A DNA stretch of 53,277 nt from a virus (taxonomy: Duplodnaviria > Caudoviricetes). The stretch lies in IMG/VR virus record IMGVR_UViG_3300031975_001497, positions 1 through 53,277 of that record. One strand, 5' to 3'. The notes beneath the pieces were generated by a model. It did no database searches. It had not been told where the DNA came from and saw nothing but the letters and a program-made list of their open reading frames with translations. This document shows, piece by piece, positions 8,610 to 17,838 of the stretch (position 1 is its first letter; every line of letters begins with the position of its first letter). The position numbers and the translations under genes were made by a program.

Positions 8610-9969
8610 AACACTAACACAATTTGGGACTTCGTTTCAAGCAAAGATTATTGCTTCTCTATTAAGTAATATTAAGTTCATTCAAACCATTAGTGATATC
8701 TTGAGTCCAACAATGTTCGATTCAGACTCAAATAAATGGTTAGTAAAGAACATACAAGATTATTATTTTAAATATAAAAAACAACCAACACTTGAAGTTA
8801 TAAAATATAAAATAGATGAAATAGATAACGATGTTTTAAAGAGTGGAGCTGTAGATAAACTTAGAGAAGTTTGGAAGAACATCGAGGCTACTGACTTAGA
8901 ATTTGTCCAAGAACAAACTTTGGATTTTTGTAAAAATCAAACACTTAAAAATGCAATCTTAGATTCAGTTGATATGTTAGAAAACAAAGATTACGACGGT
9001 ATCAAATCAATAATAGATGAAGCAATGAAAGCAGGTACAACAAGAGACTTAGGTCACGATTATATAATTTCACTCGAACAAAGACTTGAAGAATCAGCAA
9101 GAACGACAGTTAAAACACCGTGGGACGTAATAAATGAAATTATGGATGGTGGTTTAGGTCAAGGTGAACTTGGTGTTATTGTTGCACCGGCTGGTATTGG
9201 TAAATCTTGGACACTACAGGCAATAGGTGCAGGTTCATTAAAAGAAGATAAAACGATAGTTCATTATACATTAGAGTTAAATGAAAATTATGTTGGTCTT
9301 AGATATGATTCTATCTTTAGTGGTGTCACTACTGCAAATATAAAATACTATAAAGATGAAGTAACAAATAAGATAGAGAAACTACCAGGTAGATTATTGA
9401 TTAAATATTTTCCAACTAAAGCGGCTTCAGTTCAAACTTTAGCATCTCATCTGAAACAGATTGAACTAAGTGGTACTAAACCAGATATGGTTATTGTTGA
9501 TTATGCCGATATATTAATGCCTACTGGTAACTTTAAAGAAAAACGTCATGCAATAGGGAATATATATGAAGATTTACGAGGACTTGCTGGTGAGTTAGAA
9601 GTACCAATATGGACAGCATCACAAGCAAATCGTTCAGCACTAGAAGAAGATGTGATTGGAGCTGATAAGGTTGCAGAAGATTATAGTAAAGTTATGACTG
9701 CTGACTTTGTTATGAGTATGAGTAGAAAAGTAGAGGATAAGATAGCAAACACTGGTAGATTTCACGTAATTAAAAATAGATTTGGAATCGACGGTGTTAC
9801 TTATCCATCAACAATAAACACAAATATCGGACAAGTTCAGATATTTGAAGGTAGTAGTCAGTTTGGTAAAGAAGCTCAAGGGAAGATGAATAACAGCGAA
9901 GAGTTTATTAGAAAAGAGTTAGCTAACAAATATAAAGATATGGAAAAAAATGTTGAAGGATTTGAATAA
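8602..9969 (+). CDS. Replicative DNA helicase, DnaB/T4 gp41-like
   Basis: Walker A APAGIGKS, YTLEL, IVDYAD, WTASQANR, KNRFG. ATG 8602 is preferred over 8587. Confidence 0.93.
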   Translation: MSETLTQFGTSFQAKIIASLLSNIKFIQTISDILSPTMFDSDSNKWLVKNIQDYYFKYKKQPTLEVIKYKIDEIDNDVLKSGAVDKLREVWKNIEATDLEFVQEQTLDFCKNQTLKNAILDSVDMLENKDYDGIKSIIDEAMKAGTTRDLGHDYIISLEQRLEESARTTVKTPWDVINEIMDGGLGQGELGVIVAPAGIGKSWTLQAIGAGSLKEDKTIVHYTLELNENYVGLRYDSIFSGVTTANIKYYKDEVTNKIEKLPGRLLIKYFPTKAASVQTLASHLKQIELSGTKPDMVIVDYADILMPTGNFKEKRHAIGNIYEDLRGLAGELEVPIWTASQANRSALEEDVIGADKVAEDYSKVMTADFVMSMSRKVEDKIANTGRFHVIKNRFGIDGVTYPSTINTNIGQVQIFEGSSQFGKEAQGKMNNSEEFIRKELANKYKDMEKNVEGFE

Positions 9970-10042
9970 ATCGTGAAAATACTTTCGTATATATTATACT
10001 TATATTTGTTACGAGAATAAGATTACAATAGGAGTTAGTTAG

Positions 10043-12049
10043 ATGGAAAAATTTAAGTTATCAGAAAAGTTTATAGATAAGTACAAGAGAAAAAAACCAC
10101 CTTTTGGTTTTAATGGATTAGGTGAATTAGTATATATGAGAACCTATTCTCGTATTAAAGATGATGGTAAAAACGAAAGATGGTGGGAAACTGTTCAGAG
10201 AGTTGTAGAAGGTACTTACTCTATGCAAAAGAATCATATTGAATCACATCAATTAGGTTGGAATCCTTGGCAAGGTCAAAAGTCAGCTCAAGAGATGTAT
10301 GATAGAATTTTCAATATGAAGTTCTTACCACCAGGTCGTGGTTTGTGGGCAATGGGTACACCAATTACCGAAGAAAAGAATTTATATGCAGCACTAAACA
10401 ATTGTGCGTTCGTATCAACAAAAACAATTAAAGAAGATTATTCCAAACCATTTTGTTTCCTAATGGATGCAAGTATGTTAGGTGTTGGAGTAGGTTTTGA
10501 TACTAAAGGAGCGGGGGAAATAGTTGTTAAGGGTGTAGATAATAACAGAGATAATCAAGTTTATGAAATACCAGATACTCGTGAGGGTTGGGTAGAATCA
10601 TTAAGATTATTATTAGAGAGTTACTTTCATGGACAAGCATCTGTAGAGTTTGATTACAAAAAAGTTAGACCTGCAGGGGTACCAATCAAAGGTTTTGGAG
10701 GTATGAGTTCTGGACCTGAACCATTAATGGAAGTTCACAAAGACATCAGAAATGTATTAGAAAAAAACAGTGGTGAACCTATTACAATCACAACAATCGT
10801 AGATATAATGAATCTGATTGGTAAATGTGTTGTGGCAGGTAATGTTAGAAGAACTGCAGAGATTGTATTTGGTGACCCACATAATGAAGAATACTTAGAT
10901 TTAAAAAACTATAAAGTAAATCCACATAGAGACCAATATGGTTGGACATCAAATAATAGTATCTTTGCTAAGTTAGGTATGGATTATACAGACGTTTGTA
11001 AGAGAATAGTAGACAATGGTGAACCAGGTTTTGCTTGGTTAGATAATATGAGGTCGTATTCAAGAATGAAGAACGGTGGTGATAACAAAGACCACAGAGC
11101 TATGGGTGGTAATCCTTGTCTTGAACAAACACTTGAATCATATGAGTTATGTTGTTTGGTAGAGACATTTCCAAACAATCACGATTCACTAGAGGACTAT
11201 CAAAGAACACTTAAATATGCTTATTTGTATGCCAAGACAGTTACACTAGGTAGAACACATTGGTCAGATACAAACAGAGTGATGTTAAGAAACAGAAGAA
11301 TTGGTTGTTCAGTTAGTGGTGTTGCTCAGTTCATAACAGCTAAAGGATTAGATGAGTTACAGAATTGGTTAGAGACTGGTTATGACACTATTCAAGAATG
11401 GGACAAACAATATAGTGATTGGTTCGCTGTACCGAAATCAATAAAAACCACATCAGTTAAACCAAGTGGTACAGTTTCATTACTAGCTGGTGCTACTCCA
11501 GGTTTACATTATCCCGAAAGTAGATTTTATATTAGAAGAATTAGACTTTCAAATCATTCAGAGTTATTAGAACCATTGAAAAAAGCAGGTTATAAAATAG
11601 AACCAGCGTTCGGTTCAGAAGATTCTACGATGGTAGTCGAAGTGCCAGTTGACGTAGGAGAGGGTATAAGAACAGCAGCTGAACTTTCTATTTGGGAACA
11701 ATTTAGTTTGGCTGCGTTCTTACAAAGACATTGGGCAGACAATCAAGTTAGTTGTACGGCTACATTCAATCCTAAAACAGAAGCTGAACAGTTACCTTAC
11801 GTTTTAAACTATTTTCAATATAGATTAAAAGGTATTTCTTTACTACCAAGACACGATTATGGTGCTTATAAACAAATGCCATATGAATCAATTGATGAGA
11901 AAACTTACAATAAACAATTACAAAAACTTGGTAAGTTAAGTTTCGGTGTAATAAAAAACGAAGAAGCAAATATAGAAAAATTCTGCGACGGTGATTTCTG
12001 TGACATAGATGAAAGTGAACTTGAAGACGATATGCAAACATCTATGTAG
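10043..12049 (+). CDS. nrdJ: Class II adenosylcobalamin-dependent ribonucleotide reductase (monomeric type)
   Basis: PPGRGLW, LNNCAF, AGNVRRTAE, GNPCLEQ, KPSGTVSLLAG, C-terminal CDGDFC; no adjacent beta subunit. Confidence 0.92.
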   Translation: MEKFKLSEKFIDKYKRKKPPFGFNGLGELVYMRTYSRIKDDGKNERWWETVQRVVEGTYSMQKNHIESHQLGWNPWQGQKSAQEMYDRIFNMKFLPPGRGLWAMGTPITEEKNLYAALNNCAFVSTKTIKEDYSKPFCFLMDASMLGVGVGFDTKGAGEIVVKGVDNNRDNQVYEIPDTREGWVESLRLLLESYFHGQASVEFDYKKVRPAGVPIKGFGGMSSGPEPLMEVHKDIRNVLEKNSGEPITITTIVDIMNLIGKCVVAGNVRRTAEIVFGDPHNEEYLDLKNYKVNPHRDQYGWTSNNSIFAKLGMDYTDVCKRIVDNGEPGFAWLDNMRSYSRMKNGGDNKDHRAMGGNPCLEQTLESYELCCLVETFPNNHDSLEDYQRTLKYAYLYAKTVTLGRTHWSDTNRVMLRNRRIGCSVSGVAQFITAKGLDELQNWLETGYDTIQEWDKQYSDWFAVPKSIKTTSVKPSGTVSLLAGATPGLHYPESRFYIRRIRLSNHSELLEPLKKAGYKIEPAFGSEDSTMVVEVPVDVGEGIRTAAELSIWEQFSLAAFLQRHWADNQVSCTATFNPKTEAEQLPYVLNYFQYRLKGISLLPRHDYGAYKQMPYESIDEKTYNKQLQKLGKLSFGVIKNEEANIEKFCDGDFCDIDESELEDDMQTSM

Positions 12050-12060
12050 CAAAAAAAAGC

Positions 12061-12090
12061 TTGACACATATACGATTTCTTTCGTATATT
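12061..12090 (+). promoter_or_regulatory. Sigma70-like promoter with embedded inverted repeat upstream of PolB
   Basis: TTGACA-N18-TATATT containing ATATACG-N8-CGTATAT; near-identical copy at 17311. Confidence 0.7.
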
Positions 12091-12117
12091 CACACATCAA
12101 ATTAAAGAGGTATAGTT

Positions 12118-14616
12118 ATATATCAAAACATTTACTACGATAGAAAAACAAACACAATGCATGTTTGGGATGATAAGTTTGGTCATCAAACATTCAGATA
12201 CAAAAAATATGCTTATGTTAAAAACAGAGCAGGTACATACACATCTTTATATGGTGATAAGTTAAAACGTGTTACTGATTGGGACCCAGAACAACCAGAG
12301 TTGTTTGAATCAGATGTTAATCCAGAAATAAGAGTATTAGTAGATAATTATACAGATTCAGATGATGTATCAGAAGGACATCGTACAATGATTTTTGATA
12401 TTGAGGTTGAAGTGACAAATGGGTTTCCAGACCCATCACGAGCAGAGAATAAGATAACTGCAATTGGTTTTAATGATTGTTTACTTGATAAATACTTTTG
12501 TTATGTACTTGATGAAGATAGTAAATTAGATGCAAAATTCGAGGATGATGTTATAGTAGAGTCATTCACAAATGAGTATGATTTATTGAATCAATTTTTT
12601 ATGAAGTACAGAGAAATACAACCAACTATATTGACTGGTTGGAATATAGAATTTTTTGATGTAACGTATCTTTATAATAGAGCTCAACAAGTTGTAGGTA
12701 GGGATGTTGCTAATTTATTATCACCAGTAGGTGTCGTACAATGGAGTGAGTTCATTAAAAAGTATAAGATTGCTGGTGTAAGTGTGTTAGATTATCTTGG
12801 ATTATATAAGAGATTTACATTTAGTGAACAACCTTCTTATAGATTAGATGCAATTGGTGAGTACGAAATAGGTGAAAAGAAAGTAGAGTATGATGGTACT
12901 CTTAACGACTTATATGAAAATGATTTAAAAAAGTTTATAGATTATAATATTCAAGACGTTAGATTGATTAAAAAACTTGATGATAAATTAGATTTTATTG
13001 GGATTGCTCAAGGTCTGGCTCATCTTGGTCACGTACCTTATGAAAATGTGTTTATGAGTTCAAGATATCTTGAGGGTGCAATTTTAGTTTATTTAAAAAA
13101 GAATAATATTGTTGCTCCTAATAAACCAAGGAAGTTTAATAAAAACAGTCAAGAAAAGTTTGTAGGTGCTTTCGTACAAGAACCACAAAGAGGTAAACAC
13201 GATTGGGTTTATGATTTAGATATTACGTCAATGTATCCGTCTTGTATTATGTCATTAAACATATCACCAGAAACAAAACTTGGTAAAATTGAAGGTTGGA
13301 ATCCAGAAGAATTTTTAAAAAAAGATAACAAAAAAACATATTCGATAACACACAATTCAAAAGTTTTAGGTAGATATACTGAGTCTGAATTAAAAAGAAT
13401 GTTAGATAATGAACAAGTTAGTGTTGCGACAAACGGTGTGATGTATCGTTCAGACAAGACAGGTTTACTTCCAGCTTTGTTAAAAAAATGGTTTGATGAA
13501 AGAGTCGAGTATAGAAAGTTATCTAAAAAGTTTCACGAAGAAGGTAATAGAGAACAATCAGATTATTTTGATAGAAGACAGTATCTACAAAAAGTGTTGT
13601 TGAATAGTTTGTATGGTGTACTTGGACTACCTGTATTTAGATTCTATGATTTAGACAATGCGGAGGCTGTAACTTACAGTGGTCAATCTTTAATTAAATT
13701 TACAAAAAAGATTTCAAACGTTTATTATAATAAAGAACTCGGTGACACTAAAGACTACTGTATTTATATTGATACTGACTCAGTATTTTATTCTGCAACA
13801 CCTCTAGTAAAGAAAAGATTTCCAAACATGGATATTAAAAATGAGGATAAAATGTCAAAAGCAATTCTTGAGATTGCAAGTGAAGTTCAAGAGTATCTCA
13901 ATAATGGTTATGATTATTTTGCTAAGAAGTTTTGTAACTTAGATAAACATAGATTTGACATCAAACAAGAGGTTATTGCAAAGAGTGGTTTATTCGTAAC
14001 AAAGAAACGATACGGTCTAAAAATTATCAATGACAATGGTAAGAAAGTTAACAAAATGATGGTAAAAGGTTTAGATACAGTTCGTAGTAGTTTTCCAACA
14101 GCAATGAGAACCATGTTATCTAAATTATTAGAAGATATTTTGATGGATGTACCTAAACAAGAATTAGATAAATTTATTATTAATTTTAAAAACAGTATGA
14201 AACTTATGGAGTTTGATAAAATAGCAATACCAACAAGTGTAAAAAATATTAGTAAGTATTATAATAAAGATGGTCAAATGTTTAATTCTTATAAAACTGG
14301 TACACCAGTACACGTTAAGAGTTCAATATTTTACAACGAGTTTTTAAAGTATAAAAATATATCAAATAGATATAATTCTATTGCGAATGGTGAGAAAATA
14401 AAATGGGTATATCTAAAACAAAATCCATTAGGTTTAAATACAATGGCTTATAAAGGTCACGAAGACCCAATTGAGTTATTAAATTTTATTCGACAATATA
14501 TAAATCACGATAAATTATATAAACAAGCGTTACATAAAAAGATTATGATGTTATATGAAAGTATGAACTGGAGTGAACCTACAGATTCATCTAAAACTAT
14601 AGAAAGATTTTTTTGA
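12118..14616 (+). CDS. Family B DNA polymerase with 3'-5' exonuclease
   Basis: ExoI FDIE, ExoII GWNIEFFD, ExoIII YNIQDV, DITSMYPS, KVLLNSLYG, YIDTDS, KKRY. Start probably ATA 12118 (first ATG is 12157). Confidence 0.96.
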   Translation: MYQNIYYDRKTNTMHVWDDKFGHQTFRYKKYAYVKNRAGTYTSLYGDKLKRVTDWDPEQPELFESDVNPEIRVLVDNYTDSDDVSEGHRTMIFDIEVEVTNGFPDPSRAENKITAIGFNDCLLDKYFCYVLDEDSKLDAKFEDDVIVESFTNEYDLLNQFFMKYREIQPTILTGWNIEFFDVTYLYNRAQQVVGRDVANLLSPVGVVQWSEFIKKYKIAGVSVLDYLGLYKRFTFSEQPSYRLDAIGEYEIGEKKVEYDGTLNDLYENDLKKFIDYNIQDVRLIKKLDDKLDFIGIAQGLAHLGHVPYENVFMSSRYLEGAILVYLKKNNIVAPNKPRKFNKNSQEKFVGAFVQEPQRGKHDWVYDLDITSMYPSCIMSLNISPETKLGKIEGWNPEEFLKKDNKKTYSITHNSKVLGRYTESELKRMLDNEQVSVATNGVMYRSDKTGLLPALLKKWFDERVEYRKLSKKFHEEGNREQSDYFDRRQYLQKVLLNSLYGVLGLPVFRFYDLDNAEAVTYSGQSLIKFTKKISNVYYNKELGDTKDYCIYIDTDSVFYSATPLVKKRFPNMDIKNEDKMSKAILEIASEVQEYLNNGYDYFAKKFCNLDKHRFDIKQEVIAKSGLFVTKKRYGLKIINDNGKKVNKMMVKGLDTVRSSFPTAMRTMLSKLLEDILMDVPKQELDKFIINFKNSMKLMEFDKIAIPTSVKNISKYYNKDGQMFNSYKTGTPVHVKSSIFYNEFLKYKNISNRYNSIANGEKIKWVYLKQNPLGLNTMAYKGHEDPIELLNFIRQYINHDKLYKQALHKKIMMLYESMNWSEPTDSSKTIERFF

Positions 14617-14680
14617 TTTTGAGAAAACAAACTAATATATATATATGTATATATGGTTATAAACATTAACAGGAGATGTT

Positions 14681-15415
14681 ATGATAAGTAAGAAAAAACT
14701 GGTCCGTTTTATTAATAAATATTATTTAAACGGTACAGTAGGTTCTGCTGTATTCAACAGTAAGACAAACAACCAACAACTAAGTACACGATTTGTATCA
14801 GGAGACAAGAGTCTTCTCGGTGAAGTTCATATGGATAATTGGACTTACGAAGATGCAGATTTAGGTGTATATGATACTGAACAATTATTAAAATTGTTAT
14901 CAGTACTAGATGATAATATAGATTTATCAATAAACAAAACAGGTGAGACTGCTTTCTCGATTGGTTTAAATGATGCTTTCTCAGCTATTACTTATATGTT
15001 AAGTGATACTTCTATTATTAATGAACCACCACAAATGAAAATGATTCCTGAATTTGAATTATCATTGAACGTTACACCACAGTTTATCAGTAAGTTTATT
15101 TCTGGTAAATCTGCATTGAGTGAAACTGATACGTTTACAGTAATTACAGATGAAACTAATAAAAAAACTAAACTAGTTATTGGTTATTCTGCTGTAAATA
15201 CAAATAGAGTAACGATACCAGTGACTTCATCTGAGTTCACAAGTATAGATAATATTTCATTTAATGCTGATTTATTTAAAGAAGTGTTGATTGCTAATAA
15301 AGATTGTGAAAGTGCTTTGTTACAAATCTCAAGTGAAGGTCTGGCAAAGATTAGTTTTAAAATAGATGACTTTACATCTACTTATTTCTTAGTTGCAGTG
15401 AGTGAAACAGATTAA
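14681..15415 (+). CDS. DNA sliding clamp (gp45/PCNA-like)
   Basis: 244 aa between PolB and the clamp loader; LGVYDTEQLLKLLS and C-terminal ISSEGLAKISF...TYFLVA pattern. Confidence 0.75.
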   Translation: MISKKKLVRFINKYYLNGTVGSAVFNSKTNNQQLSTRFVSGDKSLLGEVHMDNWTYEDADLGVYDTEQLLKLLSVLDDNIDLSINKTGETAFSIGLNDAFSAITYMLSDTSIINEPPQMKMIPEFELSLNVTPQFISKFISGKSALSETDTFTVITDETNKKTKLVIGYSAVNTNRVTIPVTSSEFTSIDNISFNADLFKEVLIANKDCESALLQISSEGLAKISFKIDDFTSTYFLVAVSETD

Positions 15416-16329
15416 TGTCAAACACTTTATGGACAGAAAAGTATAGACCAACAAGTGTAGATACATATTTAGGTAATGAACATTTACTTGAAAAAGTATC
15501 GATGTATCTTGAGAGTGGTGATTTACCACATTTATTATTATACGGTAAAGCTGGTACAGGTAAAACCACTCTCGCAAAGATACTTGTGAAAAACATTGAA
15601 TGTGATTACTTATATATCAACGCATCTGATGAAAACAATGTTGAAACAGTTCGTACAAAGGTAAAACAATTTGCATCTACAATTGGTTTTAAAGATTTTA
15701 AAATAATTATTTTAGATGAGTGTGATTACATTACACCAAATGCACAAGCTGCTCTTCGTAATCTTATGGAAACATTTTCAAAACATTGTAGATTTATATT
15801 GACTTGTAATTATGTTGAGAGAATCATTGACCCAATACAAAGTCGTTGTCAATCATTTCAGATTGTCCCACCTTCAAAAGGTCAAGTAGCAAAACATCTA
15901 CATAGTATTTTAGTGAAAGAAAATATTATGGATTCACCTGAAGATATCAAAGTTTTAGTCGAAAGTGGTTATCCAGATATTCGTAGAGTGATTAATTCAG
16001 CTCAAAGAAATGTAGTAAAAGGTAGACTAAAGTTAGATGTATCAAGTATAATTCAAAACGACTACAAACTAAAATTATTAAAAATATTAGAAACACAAAA
16101 TAAAAAAAACGCCTTCAAAGAAATCAGACAACTATTGGCTGACAATAAGATTACAGACTTTGCTGACTTGTTTAGATTATTATATGATGAAGTTGATTCA
16201 TATGGTACGGGACACGTTGCAGAGTGTATTTTGATTATTGCAAGATACGAGTTATCAGATAGTCAAGTAGTTGATAAAGAGATTAATGCAATGGCTATGT
16301 TAATAGAATTATTAGGAGTAATTAAATGA
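15415..16329 (+). CDS. Clamp loader AAA+ ATPase subunit (RFC-small / T4 gp44-like)
   Basis: WTEKYRP, GKAGTGKTT, INASDE, ILDECD, AQAALR, SRC motif. Confidence 0.95.
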   Translation: MSNTLWTEKYRPTSVDTYLGNEHLLEKVSMYLESGDLPHLLLYGKAGTGKTTLAKILVKNIECDYLYINASDENNVETVRTKVKQFASTIGFKDFKIIILDECDYITPNAQAALRNLMETFSKHCRFILTCNYVERIIDPIQSRCQSFQIVPPSKGQVAKHLHSILVKENIMDSPEDIKVLVESGYPDIRRVINSAQRNVVKGRLKLDVSSIIQNDYKLKLLKILETQNKKNAFKEIRQLLADNKITDFADLFRLLYDEVDSYGTGHVAECILIIARYELSDSQVVDKEINAMAMLIELLGVIK

Positions 16330-16613
16330 GTATGCATCCAATGAAGAAACCTAAACCACAACAAGCACAAGTAAAAGTTGACTTGAAACAAGCAGAAACT
16401 ATGAAATGTGAGTATTGTGGAAATTATTTATTTATAGCTTCTACAATTATTAAAAGAATATCACCTTTAGTATCACCAACAGGTGAAGAAGCATTAGTAC
16501 CGATTGATGTTTATAGTTGTGGTAATTGTGGTAAAGTACCTAGAGATATGTTAAAAGGTAGTGGTATCGAAGAAGATGAAAACAAGTCAAGTTTTCCTAC
16601 TTTGGATATATGA
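16326..16613 (+). CDS. Small zinc-ribbon protein
   Basis: CEYC...CGNC; GGAG SD upstream. Confidence 0.7.
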   Translation: MSMHPMKKPKPQQAQVKVDLKQAETMKCEYCGNYLFIASTIIKRISPLVSPTGEEALVPIDVYSCGNCGKVPRDMLKGSGIEEDENKSSFPTLDI

Positions 16614-16738
16614 GAGAGAAAATAATTCTTTGGTTCTTTCATAACATTGGACTACGTTTATTTGGTATGTTATATGGTAAACACATTAAGAAAATAAGAA
16701 ACAAAGGTGAGTTTGGTAGACAACATCATTATGAGTAA
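16610..16738 (+). CDS. Small 42 aa hypothetical protein (not in ORF track)
   Basis: MREKIILWFFHNIGLRLFGMLYGKHIKK...; ATGA-coupled to the upstream stop and fills the gap. Confidence 0.5.
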   Translation: MREKIILWFFHNIGLRLFGMLYGKHIKKIRNKGEFGRQHHYE

Positions 16739-16880
16739 AAAATATTCAGAAGCAGGAAAGGGAGATTCTAATAGAGTTTCAAATATAAAAAAGTATGAAG
16801 AAAACTACGAAAAAATCTTTGATAAAAAAGAAAACTCTGTTCGACCACATAAAACAGATAACAAGCGTTCAAAATCCTAA
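16731..16880 (+). CDS. Small 49 aa hypothetical protein overlapping the next gene
   Basis: MSKKYSEAGKGDSNRVSNIKKYEENYEKIFD...; overlaps the previous stop and 86 nt of the next ORF. Confidence 0.5.
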   Translation: MSKKYSEAGKGDSNRVSNIKKYEENYEKIFDKKENSVRPHKTDNKRSKS

Positions 16881-17307
16881 TTATTGGGAAGAAATATCAG
16901 AAGAAGATAAAAAAACTTGGTCTAATTATATGACTCATAGATTCTTATCAATGAAGATGGAATGGGTTGAGCTCGTAAATGAATTACAAAAATACAATTT
17001 AAAACCTAAAGATTTGTATAAATTATATACAAATGTGTTACCAAAAGGTAAACAATGGTTAAAATACACAAAAGGGAGAAGTGAAATGGCACATCCAAAT
17101 TGGTTAATCAACGTAGTAGCAAATCATAACGAAGTAAGTAAAAAAGAAGCATATGATATGGTTGAAATGTATATGCTTACAGAAGGTGGTATGTTAGAGT
17201 TAGGTGAACTATGTAAAAAATGGGGTGTTGAACCCAAGAAAATAGAAAAAGCTGGTCTTAATGTTTTGGGTAGCATTGGTATGTATCAAGCAGGAAATAC
17301 AAAATAA
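16795..17307 (+). CDS. Clamp loader small subunit, T4 gp62-like
   Basis: LFDHIKQIT...YMTHRFLSM...LPKGKQWLKY pattern; close to the gp44-like gene. Confidence 0.65.
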   Translation: MKKTTKKSLIKKKTLFDHIKQITSVQNPNYWEEISEEDKKTWSNYMTHRFLSMKMEWVELVNELQKYNLKPKDLYKLYTNVLPKGKQWLKYTKGRSEMAHPNWLINVVANHNEVSKKEAYDMVEMYMLTEGGMLELGELCKKWGVEPKKIEKAGLNVLGSIGMYQAGNTK

Positions 17308-17310
17308 CGC

Positions 17311-17340
17311 TTGACTTATATACGTTTTTATTCGTATATT
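17311..17340 (+). promoter_or_regulatory. Sigma70-like promoter with embedded inverted repeat (second copy)
   Basis: TTGACT-N18-TATATT with ATATACG-N8-CGTATAT; 25/30 identical to 12061-12090. Confidence 0.7.
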
Positions 17341-17365
17341 CAAGTATGTAAATTAGGAGATATAT

Positions 17366-17749
17366 ATGTCAAAGGTTATAAAAGATAGTCCTCGTGTAGA
17401 ATCAGAGGAGTATGATATTATAGAACAAATGGAAAAAGAGTGGCCGGAGATGACCACCGAGTTCAAGAAGATTCAAAAAGAACAATATGAATTATTCTTA
17501 CATAAACAACACGATTATGGTCCTGGTAATATTAGTGTTGGAACTTTTTTAGTAACACCTGAAGAAATCAAACTATCACTTACAGGTCTGTGGTTTCGTA
17601 TGAATGACAAGTTACAACGTGTGAAGACATTACTACTTGGTGAAAAGAAATCAGCTGTAAAAGACGAACCATTAGAAGATGCGTATCTTGATGTCAGTAA
17701 TTATGGTATTATGGCTACAATCGTTGGTAGAGGTAAGTGGGGAAAATAA
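17366..17749 (+). CDS. DUF1599 / nucleotide-modification-associated domain protein
   Basis: KQHDYG, RMNDKLQR, DAYLDVSNYGIM all-alpha motif set. Confidence 0.72.
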   Translation: MSKVIKDSPRVESEEYDIIEQMEKEWPEMTTEFKKIQKEQYELFLHKQHDYGPGNISVGTFLVTPEEIKLSLTGLWFRMNDKLQRVKTLLLGEKKSAVKDEPLEDAYLDVSNYGIMATIVGRGKWGK

Positions 17750-17838
17750 TGAATTTAATCTTACCAATATTTTTAGTGTTAGGACTTTTAAGTTACGTTG
17801 TATTAATGTTAGTTGAATATAGAAAGTCAATTAAGTGA
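17749..17838 (+). CDS. 29 aa hydrophobic peptide (single transmembrane helix)
   Basis: MNLILPIFLVLGLLSYVVLMLVEYRKSIK; TAATG-coupled at the start and GTGA-coupled at the end. Confidence 0.55.
   Translation: MNLILPIFLVLGLLSYVVLMLVEYRKSIK

Noticed and set aside
10001-10008. Bacteroidetes-type -7 promoter element TATATTTG before nrdJ
   Set aside because: Single occurrence in AT-rich DNA; strong SD usage and TTGACA-type promoters argue against it.
6509-14616. Inteins or introns in RecA, helicase, RNR or PolB
   Set aside because: Lengths are normal, motifs are contiguous, and no intein splice or LAGLIDADG motifs are evident.
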